Of a DNA stretch of 64,000 nucleotides, positions 14,280-28,997 are shown in pieces. Origin of the DNA: the human T2T-CHM13v2.0 reference genome, Homo sapiens. The translations under genes were made by a program, and so were the position numbers. Within the stretch, counting starts at the first letter, position 1; every line of letters begins with the position of its first letter. A model generated the notes under the pieces. It ran no database searches. It saw only the letters and a program-made list of their open reading frames with translations, and was not told the origin of the DNA. The stretch lies in assembly GCF_009914755.1 (NCBI RefSeq), contig NC_060931.1, one strand, 5' to 3'.

Positions 14280-14855
14280 GCTGAGTAATGTCCCCCTGTG
14301 GCTGTTGGGAGCCTGGAATGTGGTCAGGCAAGGCTGGGATGTGCTGGAGGTGTGAAATACACACCAAATTTTGAAGAATTAGTGTGAATAAAAGAATGTA
14401 AAATGTCTCTTTAGGCTGGGTGCTGTGGCTCACGCCTGTAATCCCAGCACTTTGGGAGGCTGAGGTGGGCAGATCACCTGAGGTCGGGAGTTCAAGACCA
14501 GCCTGACCAACATGGAGAAGCCCCATCTCTACTAAAAATACAAAGTTATCTGGGCACGGTGGCCCAAATCCCAGCACTTCGGGCATCCCAGGCAGGTGGG
14601 TCACCTGAGGTAGGGGTTCAAAACCATGCTGGCCAACATGGCAAAACTCCGTCTCTACTAAAAACATAAAATTAGCCTGGCATGGTGACACATGCCTGTA
14701 ATCCCAGCTACTTGGGAGGCTGAGGCAAGAGAATCGCTTTAACCCAGGAGTCAGAGGTTGTGATGAGCCGAGATAGTGCCATTGCACTCAGCCTGGGCAA
14801 CAAAAGCAAAACTCCGTCTCAAAACAAAAACAAAAAAAGTCTCATTAATAATTTT
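14280..14855. mobile_element. MER33-like hAT DNA transposon fragment interrupted by the Alu at 14414
   Basis: gatgtgctg...gtgaaatacacaccaaattttgaagaattagtgtgaataaaagaatgtaaaatgtctc|attaataatttt matches the recalled MER33 consensus on both sides of the Alu. Confidence 0.55.
14414..14838 (+). mobile_element. Alu with an extra left monomer (L-L-R trimer)
   Basis: Two successive left arms, each ending ctctactaaaaa, then one right arm and A tail. Confidence 0.88.
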
Positions 14856-15974
14856 GTTGTTGGTGATTTCCAGTGTGGAGCTCTTGAGCTTTTTTTGGCT
14901 TCTCTCCCCACAAAAAACCAAAACCAAATACATAGCACCAAGATCTTCACCAATAAGAACTTAGAACTCAATTGTGAAGATAAGACAGTTCCTGGGGCCA
15001 CAGAGAGTAGAAAAGCTCCAAGCAGATGGGAGGAGAACTGGGCTTCCATATCCACAATGTCCCTTCCCCCTTATTTGGCCTGGCACCAAGTGCATGGAAA
15101 ATCTCCCCTTAACTCATGGTTTGTGAAAGTAAAATTGAGGTGGACAACCAGTTTTTCTACTTTCTTGGGTGCCCTGTCCCTGCCTCAGCCCATGGGGAGC
15201 ATCCCGAGTGCCTGAAGGAAGAAATACCCCTGAGGACACCCAGAAACAAAGCTGGGAGGCAGGACTACTGTCTGCAGCCCTGAAAATTCTGCACCTCAGC
15301 CAAAGGAGGCACTCAATCAGAGTGGCCGCTCATAGCACCATGCTCCAGGAGGTTTATTCCACAGGTCTTCTGAACACAAACCCTGACACAGGCAGGGAGA
15401 CTTCCCTTTGAGACTTCCCTCATTTGGGACAGGCCTCCCTCAATCACTAAATACAGCCAAAGTGAACCTCGTCTTAAGGTGACACCTATAGCTGAAAAGG
15501 AGGCAGCAACCTAGCAGAGAAGATTTGCTAAGTAAATATATTCAATAAAAACCAAAACAAGCTGGACAGAGAAAACTGGAATAAATAACTAATCCTGCAA
15601 TGCAAAGACACAGACATACACCCACAAGAAACAGCAGCAAACAGGGAATCATGACCTCCCCAGAAGGACAAAGCAAAAATCCAGTGACTGACCTAATGAG
15701 GCAGTGATTTGTGAGCTCTCTGACCAAGAGTTCAGAAGAGCAATTTTAAGGAAACTCTGTGATCTCCAAGACAACACAGAAAAGCAATTCAGAAATTTAT
15801 CAGAGAAATTTAACAAAGAGATTGAAATAATTTAAAAAATCAAACAAATCTTGGAACTGAGAAACACATTTGCTGGACTGCAGAAATTCATTATAGGCTG
15901 TCAGCAGCAGAGTGGATCAAGTAGAGGAATGAATAGGTGAGATCAAAACAGGCTATTAGAAAATACACAATCAA

Positions 15975-16272
15975 TGCTGGGCGCGGTGGCTCACGCCTAT
16001 AATCCCAGCACTTTGGGAGGCCGAGGCGGGTGGATCACGAGGTCAGGAGATCGAGAGCATCCTGGCTGACACGGTGAAACCCCATCTGTACTAAAAATAC
16101 AAAAAATTAGCCTGGCGTGGTGGCGGGCGCCTGTAGTCCCAGCTACTTGGGAGGCTAAGGCAGGAGAATGGTGTGAACCTGGGAGGCAGAGCTTGCAGTG
16201 AGCTGAGATTGTGGGCACTCCAGCCTGGGTGACAGGGTGAGACTGTCTCAAGAAAAAAAAAAAAAAAAAAAA
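15975..16272 (+). mobile_element. Alu (AluY-like), sense, inside L1
   Basis: gatcacgaggtcaggagatcgag and gagcttgcagtgagc diagnostic of AluY; long A tail. Confidence 0.93.
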
Positions 16273-16279
16273 GACACAA

Positions 16280-16555
16280 GGCTGGGTGCAGTGGCCCATG
16301 CCTGTAATCCCAGCATTTGGGAGGCCAAGGCAGGAGGATCTCTTGAGCCAGCTTGAGCAACATAGGGAGACCCTATCTCTACAAAAAAAATTAAAAAATT
16401 TGCCAAGAATGGTGGCATGTGGAGGCAAATGGAGGCTGAGGCAGTAGGATCACTTGAGCCTGGAAGGCCAAGGCTGCAGTGAGCCCTGATTGTGCCATTG
16501 TCCTCCAGCCTGGGTGACAGAGTGCATACTGTTTCTAAAAAGAAAAAAGAAAGGA
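16280..16555 (+). mobile_element. Alu (AluJ-like, internally deleted), sense
   Basis: Dimer with deletions directly after the AluY tail. Confidence 0.88.
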
Positions 16556-17112
16556 AATATATAATCAGAGGAGAAAAAAGAACAAAAAGGAATAAAGACT
16601 ACCTACAAGACAGAAAATAACCACAAAAGACCAAATCTAAGAATTATTGGTATTCAAGAGGGAGCTAACAAGGGTTAGAAAATGTATTCAAAGAAATGAT
16701 AACAGAAAACTTTCCAAAACTTCATAAGGAGATCAATATCCAGGTATAGGAAGGTCAGAGAACATCAAACAGATTCAACCCAAATAAGATTACCCCAAGG
16801 CATTTAATAATCAGACTCTCAAAGGTGAAGGAGAAAGAGAAGATCCTAAAAGCAGTGAGAGATAAGAAGCAAATAACATATAAAGGAGTTCCAGTTCATC
16901 TGGCAACAGACATCTCAGTGGAAACCATACAGGCCAGGAGGGAGTAGAGTGACATTTTCAAAGTGCTAAATGAAGAACATTGCCATCCAAGAATACCGTA
17001 TCCAGCAAAACTGTCATTCAAATATGAGGGAGGGTTAAAGTCTTTCCCAGATATACAAAAGCTGAGAGAATTCACCATCCTCAGACCCATCTTGCAAGAA
17101 ATGCTAAAGGGA

Positions 17113-17434
<322 letters not shown>

Positions 17435-17784
17435 TCAACCTGAAAGAAAAAAAAATACACGCAAAAACAAAAAACTTATCAAGGTATAAAACCCATTCAT
17501 GTAATTAAATACATGGACAAACCCAGAATACTGTGTTACTGTATTTGTACAATATGCTCATAACTCTACTATGAAGCCAAAAAGACCTATTAAAAACAAT
17601 AATAGCTATAGCAACTTCTTAAGATATAAGTAATTTAAAAATATATAAATTGAGACAACTAAAAGTCAAAATGTGAGAGGGTTAAAGTGTAGAATTTTTT
17701 GTTTGGTGTTTTCTTTCCTTTGTTTTTATTTCCTTATTTGTATTCTAAGGTAAGTTGTTATCTCTTTAAAATAACTTGTTTTAG

Positions 17785-18102
17785 GGCTGGGTGCTGGGGC
17801 TTATGCCTATAATCCCAGCACTTTGGGAGGCTGAGGTGGGAAGATTGCTTGAGTCTGGGAGTTTGAGACCAGTTTGAGCAACATAGACCTCATCTCTACA
17901 AAAAAAAACCCAAACAAACAAAACCAATCAGCTGGGTACAGTGGTGCCCATGCCCACCTGTAGTCCCAGCTAGCTACTTGGGAGGCTGATGAGGGAAGGT
18001 TGATTGAGCCTAGGAGGTCGAAGCTGCAGTGAGCTGTGATCTTGCCACTGTACTTCAGTCTAGGTCACAGAATGAGATCCCGTCTCAATAAATAAGTAAA
18101 TA
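17785..18102 (+). mobile_element. Alu (AluJ-like), sense
   Basis: Diverged full dimer with (aaat)n tail. Confidence 0.9.
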
Positions 18103-18776
18103 ATCACAATACAAAAACCTATAATAGCTTCATTCAAAACAAAAAGCAACAAATTAGAACATACTAGCAGAGAGAAGGAAGACAGGCAGAAAGGAACAAA
18201 GGAAGAGAGGAGTCTTAAGCAGAAATCAAGCAACAAAATGGCAGTAGAATGTTCTCACTTAGCCATAATATCACTGAATGTAAATGGTCTCAATTCTCCA
18301 ATTAAAAGGCATAGAATGGCTGAATGGTTAAAGAAACAAGACCCAACTGTAGGCTGCTCTCAAGAAATTCACTTCACCTATAAAGACACACTCATATTAA
18401 AAGGGTGGAAAAAGGTATTCTATACAACTAGAAACCAAAGAAGAGCAAGAGTGGCTATACTCATGGCAGATAAATTAGACTACAAATCAAAGACTGTAAA
18501 AAATGACGAAAAGGGGTCTATATATAATGATAATGGGTGAATTTACTATATAATGATACAGGGGTCAATTCAGCAAGAGGATATAACAGTTACAAGTATC
18601 TATGTACCCAACACCAGAGCTCCCAAGTATAGAAAGCAAAGATTAATAGATCTAAAACAGAAATAGACTGTAATGCAATAATAGTAGGGTACTTCAGCAC
18701 CCCACTCTCAGTAATGGACAGATTACCCAGACAGAAAGTCAACAAAGAAGCATCAGAGTTAAACTACACACTAGAC

Positions 18777-19116
18777 CAGTGGTCCCCAACCTTTTTGGCA
18801 CCAGAGACTGGTTTTTGTGGAAGACATTTTTTCCCAGAACTGGGGATTTGGGGGACAGTTTCAGGATGAAATTGTTCCACCTCAGATCATCAGGCATTAG
18901 ATTCTCATAAGGAGACTGCAGCCTAGATCCCTCGCATACACAGTTCACAATAGGGTTCATGCTTCTGTGAGAATCTAGTGCTGCCGCTGATCTGACAGGA
19001 GGTGGGGTTCAGGTGGTAATGCTCACTCGCCTGCTGCTCACCTGTTGCTGTGTGGCCCAGTTCGTAATAGGCCGTGGTCTGGTACTGGTCCATGGCCCAG
19101 AGGCTGGGGACCCCTG
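18777..19116. mobile_element. MER1B-like hAT-Charlie MITE inserted in L1 ORF2
   Basis: TIRs cagtggtccccaacc / ggctggggacccctg and a perfect 8-bp TSD cactagac (18769-18776, 19117-19124). Confidence 0.92.
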
Positions 19117-20173
19117 CACTAGACCAAATAGGCCTAACATTTACAGAATATTTCTCTCAACTGCTGCAGAATACCCATTCTTTACACTAGCACATGAGAC
19201 ATCATCCAGAATACACCATATCTTAGGCCCCAGACAAGTCGTACAAATTCAGAAGAATAGAAATCATATTGAGTATCTTATGATTATCATGGAATAGAAC
19301 TAGAGATCAATAACAGGAGGAACCTTGGAAAATACACAAACACATGGAAATTAAACATCTTCCTGAATGTCCAGTGGGTCAATTAAGAAATTAAGAAGGA
19401 CATTTAAAAATTTATTGAAACAAATGAAAATGGAAATGTGGCATATCAAAATCTATGGGATATGGCAAAAGCAATACTAAGAGAGAAGTTGATAGTAATA
19501 AATGCCTACATCTAAAAAAGTAGAAAGACTTCAAATAAACAATGTAACAATGCACCTCAAGGAAGGAGAAAAGCAAGAACAAACCAAACTCAAAATTAGT
19601 GGAAGGAAAGAAATAGTAAAGTTCAGAGCAGAAATAAATAAATTGAGACAAAGAAATTACAGAAGATCAATGAAATGAAAGGTTAGGTTTTGAAAGATAA
19701 GCAAAATCGACAAACTTTTAGCTAGAATAACTAAGAAAAAAGAAGACCCAAATAAAATAAAATCAGAAACCAAAGAGGAGATACAACAACTGAGCCCTCA
19801 GAAATACAAATAATCATTAGAGACTATTATGAACATCTATAAGCCAACAAATTGGAAAACAAATTTGATTTTATGAAAATTTCAATCCAAGAGAAGTATA
19901 TAACCATATTATTGACACAAATGTATGTAGTTTTTTAAAAGGTGCCATATTTTCATGGAGCCAATCTTAATGGCCCATATTTGAATCACTGATATTCAAC
20001 TTTATTAAATTTGTGTTTATATATACACTGAATCTGTTGATTATTGGCCATTTTGGAAGAGAAAGTGTATCAGAGTCAGGTGAGTGCTCACCTTTGTAAT
20101 TTGTGAGGAGAGATTCAATGTTACAATTTTATGTTAGGAAAACAACAAATTAATGTTTTTGCAGTACAAACTA

Positions 20174-20528
<355 letters not shown>

Positions 20529-20565
20529 GGCCATGCTCAGCAGTGTTCTTTCTTCCTGGTCATAG

Positions 20566-20934
<369 letters not shown>

Positions 20935-23342
20935 TAAAAATTAAAAAGTATTGTTTTTGAGAGCGGTGTTAGGTTCACAGAAATTTGAGTGGAAGGCAGA
21001 GATTTCTAGCACCCTGTCCCACATCCCGGCCGGAGGCACGTGCGGTGCAATCACGGGCCTGTTCCCACACCACCACCACCGAGTCGACGGCTTACCTGAG
21101 GGTTCACTCTTGGGTTGTGCATTTAAATAATATTTTTAAAATCACTTTAAAGTGTGATTATTTTATATTTAGCCCAAGCTAGTCTATTGGATTAACAGAT
21201 TCATCATGCAGTATTTCCCCATCATTAGTGTTCTGTGAGTAAGAAATGATAGTTTGTGAGAGCTTCTTAGTTATGTTCCTTTGCCAATCTTATGAGCTAT
21301 AAGTTTGTAATGTCTGAACGAGGTACTTGGTGTTCCCCTAGTGTCTAAAGGGGGAAAGGAGGATGGTGTGTGGAATTAATGGTCCACATGACGCCACACT
21401 AAAGCCATTCCAGCCCAGGCCCCTCGAGGGGCTCCCAGCTCACAGGCAGACCAGTATGGCTGGGGCGTGCATGTCAGTTCACGTGATGTCACTGATGGAA
21501 TTAAGACGGCTGCACTCCCATCAACACCACTGTTAGGTAGTTCTTCGTTGCTTTGTTTGTTTCACAGCAGAAGTGTTCACGAAAGCTTTCGTCATGAGGT
21601 GCTCTGCCTTGGCCCTGCTTGTCTGTTCACCTGTGTTTTTTTTCTTGAGATTTTTACATTTCTTTTTAATAAATTCTCCTACTGTGAGGGTTCATGTTGA
21701 CCTGGGGAGAGAAATCCCACAGCCCTTTTGTAAAGGAAAGATAAGAGTTTAATAGAATGTTGGGGGTATCCCAGTGAGATCTGAATGAAATTAAGAATTG
21801 CATTTATTTAGTTTGATTCCTAGGTTTACTTACGTTATTCTGATTATTAAAAAATACATTAAAATCCAGACTGTGATTTGCAGATAACCACACAACACAC
21901 CTGCAGTTTATTATTCCAGAAAGCATGTCCATGCCTGCGTTACAGGATAAACACATTTACCCAGCACCGACTGTGTGCCTGGCGGCCGGGGCTCCACACC
22001 CTGAGATCTCTCCCTCCCTGGTGGGCAAGAAAGACAATGAGCAGAGTGAACGAGGGGGTCCCGAAATGTGCTGGAAAACGTGCTGTGGAGGCAGATGATG
22101 AGGAAGAGGTCACGAGCGTGGGTCAGGGCCGAGGGGGCAGGAAGGATGGTCCTGTTGTGGGGACGTTTGGGCAGAAACCTAGGAGATGAGGTCTGGGTGA
22201 AGGCAGCAGGGCCTGGGCAGGGGCGGGTAGCACACCCCAAGGTGGGCTGTGCTGCTGTGGCGGGGACCGGAGGGTCTGAGCACAGGAGCCCCAGCTCTGT
22301 GTGTGATGGACTCCAAACGTGGCTCATAGTGGAGAGCATGTTTGTTGTCATTAGCAGGTTACGCACCCTTCGGTTCTGGAGCCTTGTCTTAGGGGCATCA
22401 TGGCTTTCCATGAAGGAGAACGTGCTAGGGACCTCAGCTTCAATCTCCAGCTGAGACCCCGATGACTGGCTGCCCTGGAGCTCCCCTAACCCCTCAGCAG
22501 TGCCGGACGCCGGGTCAACCCTGTCCATCTGTCAGGAAGGAGGCGGCAGCCCGGCCCACGTTCCTCTACTTCTACTTCCCACACGGGAAAAGGCTCTGGA
22601 AGGAGGTGGCGCTCTCTCCTCCTGTTGAGCAGCCAGAGGGACCTGACACAGAAAGTGCCCAGTTACTTTTCTCTGGTTAGACAGAGAAACAGAACAAGAA
22701 GAAACGGATGTTTGGAAGGAAGGAGTTTAGATACAAGCAAGGATTTAACACTTTTAGAGTTACGTTACAATCTCTGACAATGACTTACCCGTTGCATGTG
22801 GTTGAGAAGCAGATTGGCTGTGGGGAACAGGCAGGGCCCTCAGGGCCAGCACGGGAGGTGGCAGGAGCCTTGTGGTGGCTCAGTGTTGGGCCCAACTTTT
22901 GCTTTTGTCCTCTGCCCTCTTTGCTTGGATTCTGTCTACCTTAACAAATATGAAGGATGTGTAAAAGAGCTGACGGGTGCTAGTACTGTGTTTGCACATC
23001 TGCCGTAGGTGTAGTTTTAAAGCATCTAGACATAGTTTACCAAGGGACTGTTTTATTTGCCCAGTGTCAGGGAAGCCTTTGGTGTCCACCGTCTGTTACT
23101 GATGTTTTCAAGTCTGCAGCTAAACATTGCCCATGCTTTACACACGCAATTGAATAGCAGTTTTAAAGTATCCGCTGGTGAAAATCCGAGTGGCTTGTAG
23201 TTCCTCATGGTCTGCCCCTTTTGGGGTGTCACGAGGCTTCATTCCCACACTCTGCCGCCCCACGTCCTGTGGAGTGAGCAGGGAGGGGGTGCACTCAGGT
23301 AGCTGTCAGGTTGGATGTGATTTTCACCCCTGTAGTGACAAG

Positions 23343-23569
23343 GGCAGGGACCCTACCCCCATCATCAGGCACAGCCAGGATCCTGGCAGGTGATGGCACC
23401 AAGCTGGATCTCAAAGGACAAGTGGGAGTGAAGCAAAGACGGGCAGGGAGTCTGCAAGAGGCACGGGGAGACGGGGTCCCCAGCCACGCCTGGAGTTGCA
23501 GGTGCCAGGAGTGTGAGCCGTAGGCCCAGGGCCACAAGGAGACTGGGCGTGTTTCTACCAGCCACAGGA
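23343..23569 (+). repeat. Copy A of a ~230-bp local direct duplication (in the last intron)
   Basis: Aligns with 30181-30417 with ~16 substitutions and two indels (8 and 2 nt). Confidence 0.92.
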
Positions 23570-24108
23570 GGGGGTTTGAATGGGGGCCAGGTGGACAGCA
23601 GAGGTGTGTCTTTGAGAGTCTCTGTCAGCCTCAGGAGAGGATTAGAGCTGGGGCCTGGTCAGGGAGCGTGTGGTCATCAGAGTGAGGGAAGGGGCCCCTG
23701 GGAGTGAGATCGGGGAGACAGGGTGGCCACAGGTCTCGTGTTGGGCACTGGGTGGATGATGGAGGTGCTGGTCCCATGGAGGCCAGGAGTGGAGGGGTCC
23801 GGGGCTCCAGGGTGAGTCCGGGCTGGAGACGCAGACTTGTGAGTCCTGACACTCAGCTGTGGGTGAGATCCAGGGAGGCTGGAGACCAAGGACGAGGCTC
23901 TGATAGATGGGCCTGCCTGTGCTGCTGATGGCCCCCACCTTCTCCAGGGACCTGCTGGGGGCTACTGACTCCCGGCCTGAGGAGACAGCAGCACGTCCTC
24001 ATCACTTACCTCTGCGAAGTTCCATCTGGCAGGCCTCTGACATGCGGAAATGCATTTTCACACATTTATTTCTGGTCTAGCTTTCATTTTGGCTATTGGT
24101 ATTTTTAG

Positions 24109-24420
<312 letters not shown>

Positions 24421-24975
24421 CGGGTGTGGCTGAGAGGACCGCGTTTCTGTAATGACCCAGATTTAAAAGACATAAGGTGGATAATTCTACATTTGTGTGC
24501 AAGTATATTTATGTATATAGACTATGTATATTCTGTATATAATTTATTTTACATGAATATTTCTTTGGTATTCCCAGTAAATACATGACTACTTTTGAGT
24601 GGAAACAAAGAACATTCTAGCATTTACAAAACTTCCAGGGGAATGTAGAGCCACGTCCAGGGTGCTCTTTTCTGAGAGTATTTCGAGTTATTTTTAGAAC
24701 AGTTTAAATATTGTCACATTACTGCTAGATTTTAAACAGCCTACCATGAAAATGTATCTTAATGAACTATTTTCTTATGCATAAAGTATGTGAACACACG
24801 TCTAAATTAAAAGGAATTACTCCACCGCAATGACCTCTGCCAATAGTGTTTTCTTAAAATTCTTGAGCACCTTCTTTTGGGATTATTGGAATGTTATATT
24901 TGCAGAGCAAGTCAGACACGTTTTCCATTAGTACTAAAAGTTGTCCTTGTGTAGAAATCATACAAGTAAATAAAC
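24421..24975 (+). terminator. DYNC2I1: AT-rich 3' UTR of DYNC2I1 with candidate poly(A) signals AGTAAA (24576), ATTAAA (24806) and AATAAA (24969)
   Basis: Abrupt shift to AT-rich sequence after the stop codon; hexamers read directly. The site actually used cannot be determined from sequence. Confidence 0.6.
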
Positions 24976-24999
24976 TCTCTTGAATTTTGTAGCTCAGGT

Positions 25000-25343
25000 A
25001 GACTAGGAATCATGCTGCTGTTAACAAAATGCCCTGGGCTGGGTAGTTTATCAGCAACAGAAATCTGCACCTCCTGTTTCCTGCAGGTGGAATTCAGCAT
25101 CAAGGCGCCCCGTGTTTCGTGTCTGGTCAGCTGCCCTCTGCTTTCCGCAGTACCTCATGGCTGTGCCCTCGCACAGTAGCGGAGGACAGAAAGGCCCTGG
25201 GGCCTTCAGCCTCTCTGCTGACAGCACCGATCCATTCACTAGGGCTCTGCGTCTCAAAGGGCCCTGCCCCTTAACAGCATCACCCTTGTGCTTAAGTTCC
25301 AGGCTTTGAATGTTGGAGGGACACACACATTCAAACCATAGCA
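25000..25343 (-). mobile_element. MaLR solo LTR (MLT1/MST-like), antisense
   Basis: gctgttaacaaaatgccctgggctgggtagtttatcagcaacagaaat ... ggacacacacattcaaaccatagca terminus. Confidence 0.75.
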
Positions 25344-27880
25344 CAAAGACAGGAGAGTTCTGGGGTGAGGACAGGAAAATCCCAGAATGTGTCACAAACA
25401 CCCATCCCTCTGTCCCATCACCCTCCTAGAATGTTCCCAGCACCGTTGGCCATCGATGGGTCTGTGAGGTGAACGGATGGGCACAGTTAGGTCTTCTCAC
25501 TGGGGCACAAGATCACCTCCGCTTACTTGTCTTAGACCTGGAAGGTGTCTGGGAGGGACCCACCAGACCGGCTGTGACGCTGCAGACACAGCCCCCTCCC
25601 CAACGGCAGGGCTGCACGTCTCGCGTGGGCCTCTCCAGCCACCCGAGCAACCGCCAGCCTTTCTTTGCTTTTTAATCGTTGATTTGAAACTGTTGGCCGC
25701 TGAATTCCAGGTGCCTGCTACAGCGCCTGCTGTGTCAGTAGAGGCTTAGCCAATCCTCATTCAACAAATGGCTGGAATTTGTTCATCTTCCGTCTGCATC
25801 TTCATGGAACTCAGGGTCACAGTCACGTGGGGAAGGAAGTGGACAGGCACGCGGCCTCTCTCTGCATCTTCGCGGAACCCAGGTTCACAGTTGCGTGGAA
25901 AGGAAGTGGAGTGGACACACGGCCTCTCGAGTCCACACCCACTCACCGTCCTTGCTGCTGTTTTGCAACCCGCTTGATGATTGGTCTAGAAGTTTTGAGA
26001 CTGAGGTAAGTTCTTAGCCTCAGATTCCATCTTATTTAAAGTTAGAATGAATATTTGTCCCTCCTTTTCTTTGGGCCTCTTCTGGGCTTTGGTGTCCGCG
26101 AATTCTCAGCTATCACCTGCAGTTCACAGTTCGTTCTCTGTCCTGACTCCTTTGTAACCTGGGAGGCAGTCTGCTTGGGCTCAGGTCTCTGAAACTGCTC
26201 AGTAAATCAGCTCAAGGGAATCCAGGGAGTTCTGTCTGGCTCCTGAGTTATGTGCCCGGTCACAGTGCTGCTCCTTTAGGGGGAGCTCCCAAGGGAGGAC
26301 CATCTGCAGCTCAGTTACGTCCTCCTGACGTGAGCCTCCTGCCTGGCTGGGGGCTCACTCCCCCCTCTGAAGCCCTTGCTCATGCTCTGCCAGTGCCCAG
26401 GAGGTGCAGCCTCACGGAGGCCAGGGGCGAGAGGAGGCCCAGCTCTCCCCAGCTGCCGTGTCTGACGCGCTGCCTCGGAAGCACCTGTGGCCATTGGGCG
26501 GCTTCTGCCCTGTGGCTGGTTGGCCTGTGCAGCTTCTGCTCCATGATGTCCTTGAATGCGTCCTTCCCAGGCTCCTAAGCATTGGGTGTTTTTTGAGCCA
26601 TATAGAAATGTGAAGTTCGTGAAGAAAGAAACATCCAAAAAGGCCAACGATCTGCCCCTCAGCCTCACCCCCAGGGAGGAGCTGGCCCGGTGCTTGTGGG
26701 CCCCTCCCAGGTGCAGCCTGCCCTGGCGCTAGCGATGCCTCTGGGATCTTCCAGAGGAAGGTGAGACAGGCAACAGGATGGAGTAATCGCAGCCTCTAAA
26801 AAACACATTTCACAGCAGATTAGGAAAACAGACGTGGCAAGAGGTGGGCCGACAGTGCGGGAGGCGGTTCCTTCCCACCGTGGGCTTCCCGTCTGACTTT
26901 ACAGCAAGGCCGCTTCCACACGGGGGTCTCCAAGCCCACCCTGGTGCCTTGCTGCACGCAGGCTGAGCGCTTTCTTCCAAGGCAGACAGCGGTAATTTAA
27001 TTTTCTCTTTTTCAGTCGTGTTTTTGTTATTTAGAAAACACTTTTCTTTCAACATTTGCCACATCAGTAGAAGTAAATTAAAACGTTCGTTACCTCACGT
27101 GTGGTTATTTGTGTGCTGAGGATACCCCGCTTGCTGTGCTGGACTGAGCTCTTGAGGACGGAGGCACTTCTGTTTTCTCACAGTCATCGCCCCCGGGTGC
27201 TTCGGACACGGGAGGTGCTCAGTGAAGGTGGCGCGGGGGATGGCTGAGTGGCAGTTGTGTCTGCAGGGCAGAGTCATATCGGAATGTACAAGCGCAACTG
27301 GATATGCAGACTTTTATTCCTGGAGGCTACAGTCTGGTCCCTCAATGACCCCACACCCCCCACAATTATTTACAAAATTCCATTTGACGTAAACTGGAGT
27401 CAAGAGGGGGGTCCAGTCGCGGCTGTGGTTTACCCAGTGACATGTAGATGTTCAAGGTCCCAGGTATGGTAAAAGCACAAGTAGGAAATTTAAGTTTTGG
27501 GGCCTCACAATAAAATGGCAGATGGTTAACATCATCAGCTCTTCCAAATCTCACTAAAATGCTCAGGAAGACGCAAAGAGGAGACACGGCCCTCCTACTA
27601 AGGAAGGTTCCGCTAATCTCGGACTGACTCCTAATGAACAGATGGCTGGTCCTGGACTGGAGAACATGGCACAGAACCGGGCAGCCTCTGCGCCCTGAGG
27701 TCCACGTCTGCCCCCGAGAGAGCAGCTCCTCCAAGCAGTGGGTGCTGCCCTGGGCGACAGCACCACCGTCCAACAGCACCTCTGGCCTCCCATCCTCTTG
27801 GAGACTCAACACCAGGAACACCCCGCAGGTGGTGAAATGCCAAAATGTAATTTCGCCAGAAATAATCTCTGAAGATACAG

Positions 27881-27914
27881 AGTCACACATAGTCACACAT
27901 AGTCACACACAGTC
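27881..27914. repeat. 10-bp tandem repeat (agtcacacat) x3
   Basis: Read directly. Confidence 0.8.
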
Positions 27915-28378
27915 CTGAATGCGGAAGTAGGCTTTTTAAAATAGTTTATTTAGAATATCTGAGAGACAGTGAAGCCTGGGAGAGAAGATGCTGCTTTAGC
28001 TGAGCTGATCTGTCCTGGAAAAGCGTCTGCCTGGGCAGGACTGTAGACAGTCCCCACTCACTCCAGGGAGTAGACAAGAGGAAGGGTGCACCCGGCCCTG
28101 TCCCCACTCCAGTGTGTAGACGAGAGCCAGGGTCCACCCCGCCCTGCTTGTTGGCAGCCCGTCTGTTGAGGGCCCCATGACAGCAGAGGCAGTGCCGTGG
28201 AACGAATCATCGCACAGCAGCAAAGGTAGGAGGGAGGGGCCCGAGCCGCACAGACGGCGCAGTTCAGCGGAGCAGGAGGTGCGGCTTCAGGGAAAGGAGC
28301 GGAAAGCTAGAGGAGAGCATGGGAGGAGCATCAAAGGCCGGGAGAATGGGGCAAAGCAAGACAAGTAAGGATGCTTAA

Positions 28379-28700
<322 letters not shown>

Positions 28701-28719
28701 AAGTCGAGCGTTTTTAAAA

Positions 28720-28994
28720 TTTTATTTATTTTTGAGACAGAGTCTCACTCTGGTGTGATCTTGGCTCACTGCAGCCTCTGCCTCCCAGGTTCAAGTGATT
28801 CTCGTGCTCCAGCCTCCCAAGTACCTGGGATGACAGGTGTGCACCACCACACTCGGCTGATTTTTGTATTTTTAATAGAGATGGGGTTTTGCCATGTTGG
28901 GCAGGCTGGTTCTTGAACTCCTGACCTCAAGTGATCCGCCCACCTTGGCCTCCCGAAGTGCTGGGATTCCAGGTATGAGCCACTGTGCCTGGCC
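28720..28994 (-). mobile_element. Alu, antisense, directly abutting the 61-bp VNTR
   Basis: Reverse-complement dimer ending gggattccaggtatgagccactgtgcctggcc. Confidence 0.92.
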
Positions 28995-28997
28995 TAA

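Noticed and set aside
14242-14787. Alu-derived ORFs here and elsewhere (for example 15997-16428, 28453-28758, 47397-47915)
   Set aside because: Standard antisense Alu translations, not genes.
25711-26011. Possible downstream exon (ttccag| at 25710 to perfect AG|GTAAGT at 26006)
   Set aside because: Weak acceptor tract and an early stop in the DYNC2I1 frame; isolated donor matches are common by chance.
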